From Elusimicrobiota bacterium (GTDB taxonomy: Bacteria; Elusimicrobiota; Elusimicrobia; Elusimicrobiales; UBA9959), in contig DAIENX010000008.1 in assembly GCA_027340875.1 (NCBI GenBank), positions 1 to 64,000 on the forward strand: 64,000 bases of DNA, given 5' to 3'. The first letter of the stretch is position 1. The number at the start of each line of letters is the position of its first letter. Positions 61,746 through 64,000 of this stretch are shown in pieces. The notes beneath the pieces were generated by a model that did no database searches, was not told where the DNA came from, and saw nothing but the letters and a program-made list of their open reading frames with translations. Both the position numbers and the translations under genes were made by a program.

Positions 61746-62270
61746 ATGCTGAAGGCAGCGATCATCATGGGAAGCGATTCAGACCTGGGAGTACTGTCGG
61801 CAGCCGCCAAAGTCCTCGAGCAGTTCAAAGTACCCTTCGAGATAAAGATACTGTCCGCCCACCGCACCACCGAGGCGGCCCTCTCGTTCGCCGCCGACGC
61901 TGAAAGCAACGGCTTCGGCGTCATCATCGCCGGAGCCGGCGCCGCCGCGCACCTGCCCGGCGTTCTGGCCGCGGCCACGGCGCTGCCGGTAATAGGCGTG
62001 CCGGTGAACGCCACTCCTCTGGCCGGCATGGACGCGCTGCTCTCCATAGTCCAGATGCCTCCCGGCATACCGGTGGCGACGGTGGGGGTGAACAACGCCA
62101 AGAACGCCGGCCTGCTGGCCGTGCAGGTGCTGTCGCTCACCGAGAAGCGCCTGCGGACCGAGTTCAAGGCGGACAGGGAGATGATGAAGGCCGGCGTGCT
62201 GGCCAAGAACGCGGAGCTGGAGAAGATAGGCTATAGGAAATACCTGGAAAAGACCGAAAAGAAGAAATAG
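61746..62270 (+). CDS. purE: N5-CAIR mutase
   Basis: IIMGSDSD, SAHRT, AGAGAAAHLPG, PVIGVP, DALLSIVQMPPGIPVATV. Confidence 0.95.
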   Translation: MLKAAIIMGSDSDLGVLSAAAKVLEQFKVPFEIKILSAHRTTEAALSFAADAESNGFGVIIAGAGAAAHLPGVLAAATALPVIGVPVNATPLAGMDALLSIVQMPPGIPVATVGVNNAKNAGLLAVQVLSLTEKRLRTEFKADREMMKAGVLAKNAELEKIGYRKYLEKTEKKK

Positions 62271-62325
62271 CAGTCGGCCGCGGCGCTGACCGGCAGTCTA
62301 CCTTAATTTAAAGAAGGAGATGAGC

Positions 62326-63198
62326 ATGTCCGAGCTGAAGTTGATACATAAGGGTAAAGTCAGGGACCTCTACGCTGCGGGGGAGAAGTATCTTCTGATA
62401 GTCTCTTCGGACAGAATATCGGCGTTCGATTTCATACTCCCCACTCCAATCCCGGGCAAGGGCGCCCTCCTCAACAGGATAAGCGAGTTCTGGTTCTCCC
62501 GGACGTCCGGGATAATAAAGAACCATATAGTTTCCACTGATATAGACGAGATACGGAAGCGGGTGACCGCCCCGGAAGGCTTCGACTGGGAGTACATGCG
62601 CGGCCGGGCCATGCTGGTGCACCGCACCAAGCGCGTGGACTTCGAATGCGTGGTGCGGGGATATATAACGGGCTCCGGCTGGAAAGAGTACCGGAAGCAG
62701 GGCAGCGTCTGCGGCATAAAGCTGCCGGCCGGCCTGAAAGAGGCCGAGAAGCTGCCTGAGCCGATATTCACCCCTACCACCAAGGCCGACCAGGGGCACG
62801 ACGAGAGCGTAACTTTCGAAACGATGGCCGCCGCCCTGTCGCCCGGCCTCGCGGAGACCATAAGGGAGAAGAGCATCGCCCTCTACAAGTTCGCGACGGA
62901 GCACGCCGGGAAGCGCGGCATACTGCTGGCGGACACCAAGTTCGAGTTCGGCCAGCTGGACGGCGAGCTTATCCTGATCGACGAGGCGCTGACTCCCGAT
63001 TCCTCCCGCTTCTGGGACGCGGCGAAGTACAGGGTCGGGACCAGCCCCGACAGCTACGACAAACAGTACGTGCGGAACTGGCTGGAGGGCAGCGGCTGGG
63101 ACAAGAAGTCCTCTCCGCCGCTGCTGCCGGCCGAAGTGGTGAGGGGCACCCTCGAAAAGTACGAGGAGGCCCTGAAGAAACTGACCGGAGCCGGGTGA
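62326..63198 (+). CDS. purC: SAICAR synthetase
   Basis: GKVRDLY, SDRISAFD, ECVVRGY, PIFTPTTK, ADTKFEFG, DEALTPDSSRFW, DKQYVR; alternative start 62320. Confidence 0.95.
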   Translation: MSELKLIHKGKVRDLYAAGEKYLLIVSSDRISAFDFILPTPIPGKGALLNRISEFWFSRTSGIIKNHIVSTDIDEIRKRVTAPEGFDWEYMRGRAMLVHRTKRVDFECVVRGYITGSGWKEYRKQGSVCGIKLPAGLKEAEKLPEPIFTPTTKADQGHDESVTFETMAAALSPGLAETIREKSIALYKFATEHAGKRGILLADTKFEFGQLDGELILIDEALTPDSSRFWDAAKYRVGTSPDSYDKQYVRNWLEGSGWDKKSSPPLLPAEVVRGTLEKYEEALKKLTGAG

Positions 63199-63221
63199 AC
63201 TGCCACCCGGCTTCTTCTTTT
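63189..63221 (+). terminator. Intrinsic terminator-like hairpin overlapping the purC stop
   Basis: AGCCGGGTG-aactgc-CACCCGGCT followed by TCTTCTTTT. Confidence 0.6.
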
Positions 63222-63500
63222 ATCGCATGATGAGATTGAAAATGAGAGCGCAGGATGCGAAGTTGGGGGCCTGGCAAGGGTATGGCCCCGTCGGGCACGC
63301 GGTCGCGCACTGGGCTATGCCCGTGCCGCATCAGGAGCTATGCTCTTCAGGCGGCCACCGTGCATAACTCATCACGGGGAACTGTCGCTGCGCTCCATCC
63401 CCTCGTCGTGCTTACGCAAGCTCCTTCCTCCGTGACGGCCCTCCGAGCCCATACCCTTGCCACCCCTCCACTATTCATGCTCAATGGAAAAGAAGAAGCC
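63209..63500. repeat. Structured palindromic intergenic element (MITE/REP-like or ncRNA)
   Basis: Perfect IRs GGCTTCTTCTTTT (63209-63221)/AAAAGAAGAAGCC (63488-63500) and TGGCAAGGGTATGG (63272-63285)/CCATACCCTTGCCA (63449-63462); internal small hairpins; core repeated at 151-210. Confidence 0.7.
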
Positions 63501-63518
63501 TGATAGCAGGTGAAATAA

Positions 63519-63965
63519 ATGATAATCGAGATAACCACCAAAGTGAAGTACGCGGAAAACGAAGAGAGCGGCTTCATCGGGCGCATGGCGCATGCCGGCC
63601 TGAAGGTCCGTGCGGCGCGTCTGGCGCGCCTGTACCGGGTGGACGCGGCTTTCAGCCGGGCCGAGTTCGACAAGCTGGGCTCCGAGTTGCTGACGGACAG
63701 GATAACCGAGACCTACTCGCTCTCGCGCCCGCGCCCCGGCCTGAAGGGCTGGCGCGTAGAGGTCTGGCTGAAGGATTCCGTCACCGACGTGGTGGGGGAG
63801 AGCGTGAAGGGGGCGGTAGCCGACGTGCTCGGCAAAGAGCCGTCCGCCGTCCGCTTCGGCCATGCCTATTACGTCGACTGCCCCTCGGAGAAGGCGCTGC
63901 GGCGCGCCGTGGCCGGGACCCTGGTGAACGAGACGGTCAACAGGTTCGGGATACAGAAGATATGA
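63519..63965 (+). CDS. purS: Double-length PurS-like FGAM synthase subunit
   Basis: VEVWLKDSVTDVVGESV...LVNETVNRF (PurS-like), preceded by a divergent copy ending LLTDRITETY; pur context. Confidence 0.7.
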   Translation: MIIEITTKVKYAENEESGFIGRMAHAGLKVRAARLARLYRVDAAFSRAEFDKLGSELLTDRITETYSLSRPRPGLKGWRVEVWLKDSVTDVVGESVKGAVADVLGKEPSAVRFGHAYYVDCPSEKALRRAVAGTLVNETVNRFGIQKI

Positions 63966-64000
63966 ACGACAAGCTTTCCTGTTTCAATTCCCTCAAGGCC
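63962..64000 (+). CDS. 5' end of next gene, probably PurL (truncated by the window)
   Basis: ATGA overlap with the purS-like stop, open to the window end (MNDKLSCFNSLKA); identity from context only. Confidence 0.35.
   Translation, partial: MNDKLSCFNSLKA

Noticed and set aside
63209..63500. Classical antiterminator formed by the outer IR, or coding ORF 63255-63503
   Set aside because: The complementary arm lies about 270 nt downstream of the terminator, too late to act co-transcriptionally; the ORF lacks an RBS, motifs and host codon style.

Overview
GC-rich, gene-dense chromosomal segment from a diderm, probably anaerobic or microaerotolerant bacterium. It has TolC and an OM beta-barrel, rubrerythrin/SOR and a bifurcating-type Etf; the gene style is reminiscent of Elusimicrobiota, but that is only an impression. 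Left to right: (1) a ~17.6 kb plus-strand run with a fused FTCD, acyl-CoA dehydrogenase/EtfB/ferredoxin-EtfA, a histidine kinase-CHASE2 adenylate cyclase-DUF3307-DEDDh exonuclease block, hutH-hutU-yajQ-hutI, a HAD hydrolase and a SIS protein; (2) a YtrA-like GntR/ABC module and a clostripain-like protease; (3) a ~23 kb purine-catabolism/molybdo-hydroxylase region (ssnA, a single-chain DPD-like reductase in place of ygfK, an 8-oxoguanine-deaminase-like enzyme, mocA, xdhC, a canonical xdhAB-moaD and a convergent ygfM/xdhD-like three-subunit enzyme), interleaved with a Ser/Thr kinase, pfkA, a transporter, a second cyclase and a FlgO/beta-barrel protein; (4) a degenerate CinA/NadD-like fusion, rhodanese, GT39/TPR and a TolC-MacAB-like exporter whose adaptor lacks the alpha-hairpin; (5) an oxidative/nitrosative stress cluster (rubredoxin, SOR, Tpx, rubrerythrin, TIGR02757, Rrf2, qNor); (6) purE-purC, a ~290 bp structured palindromic element, a tandem PurS and the start of a probable purL. 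The element's core recurs, inverted and with compensatory base changes, upstream of ftcd at the other end of the window. No rRNA, complete tRNA, CRISPR array, transposase or phage gene was seen. All calls are from motif recognition by eye; no database searches were run.
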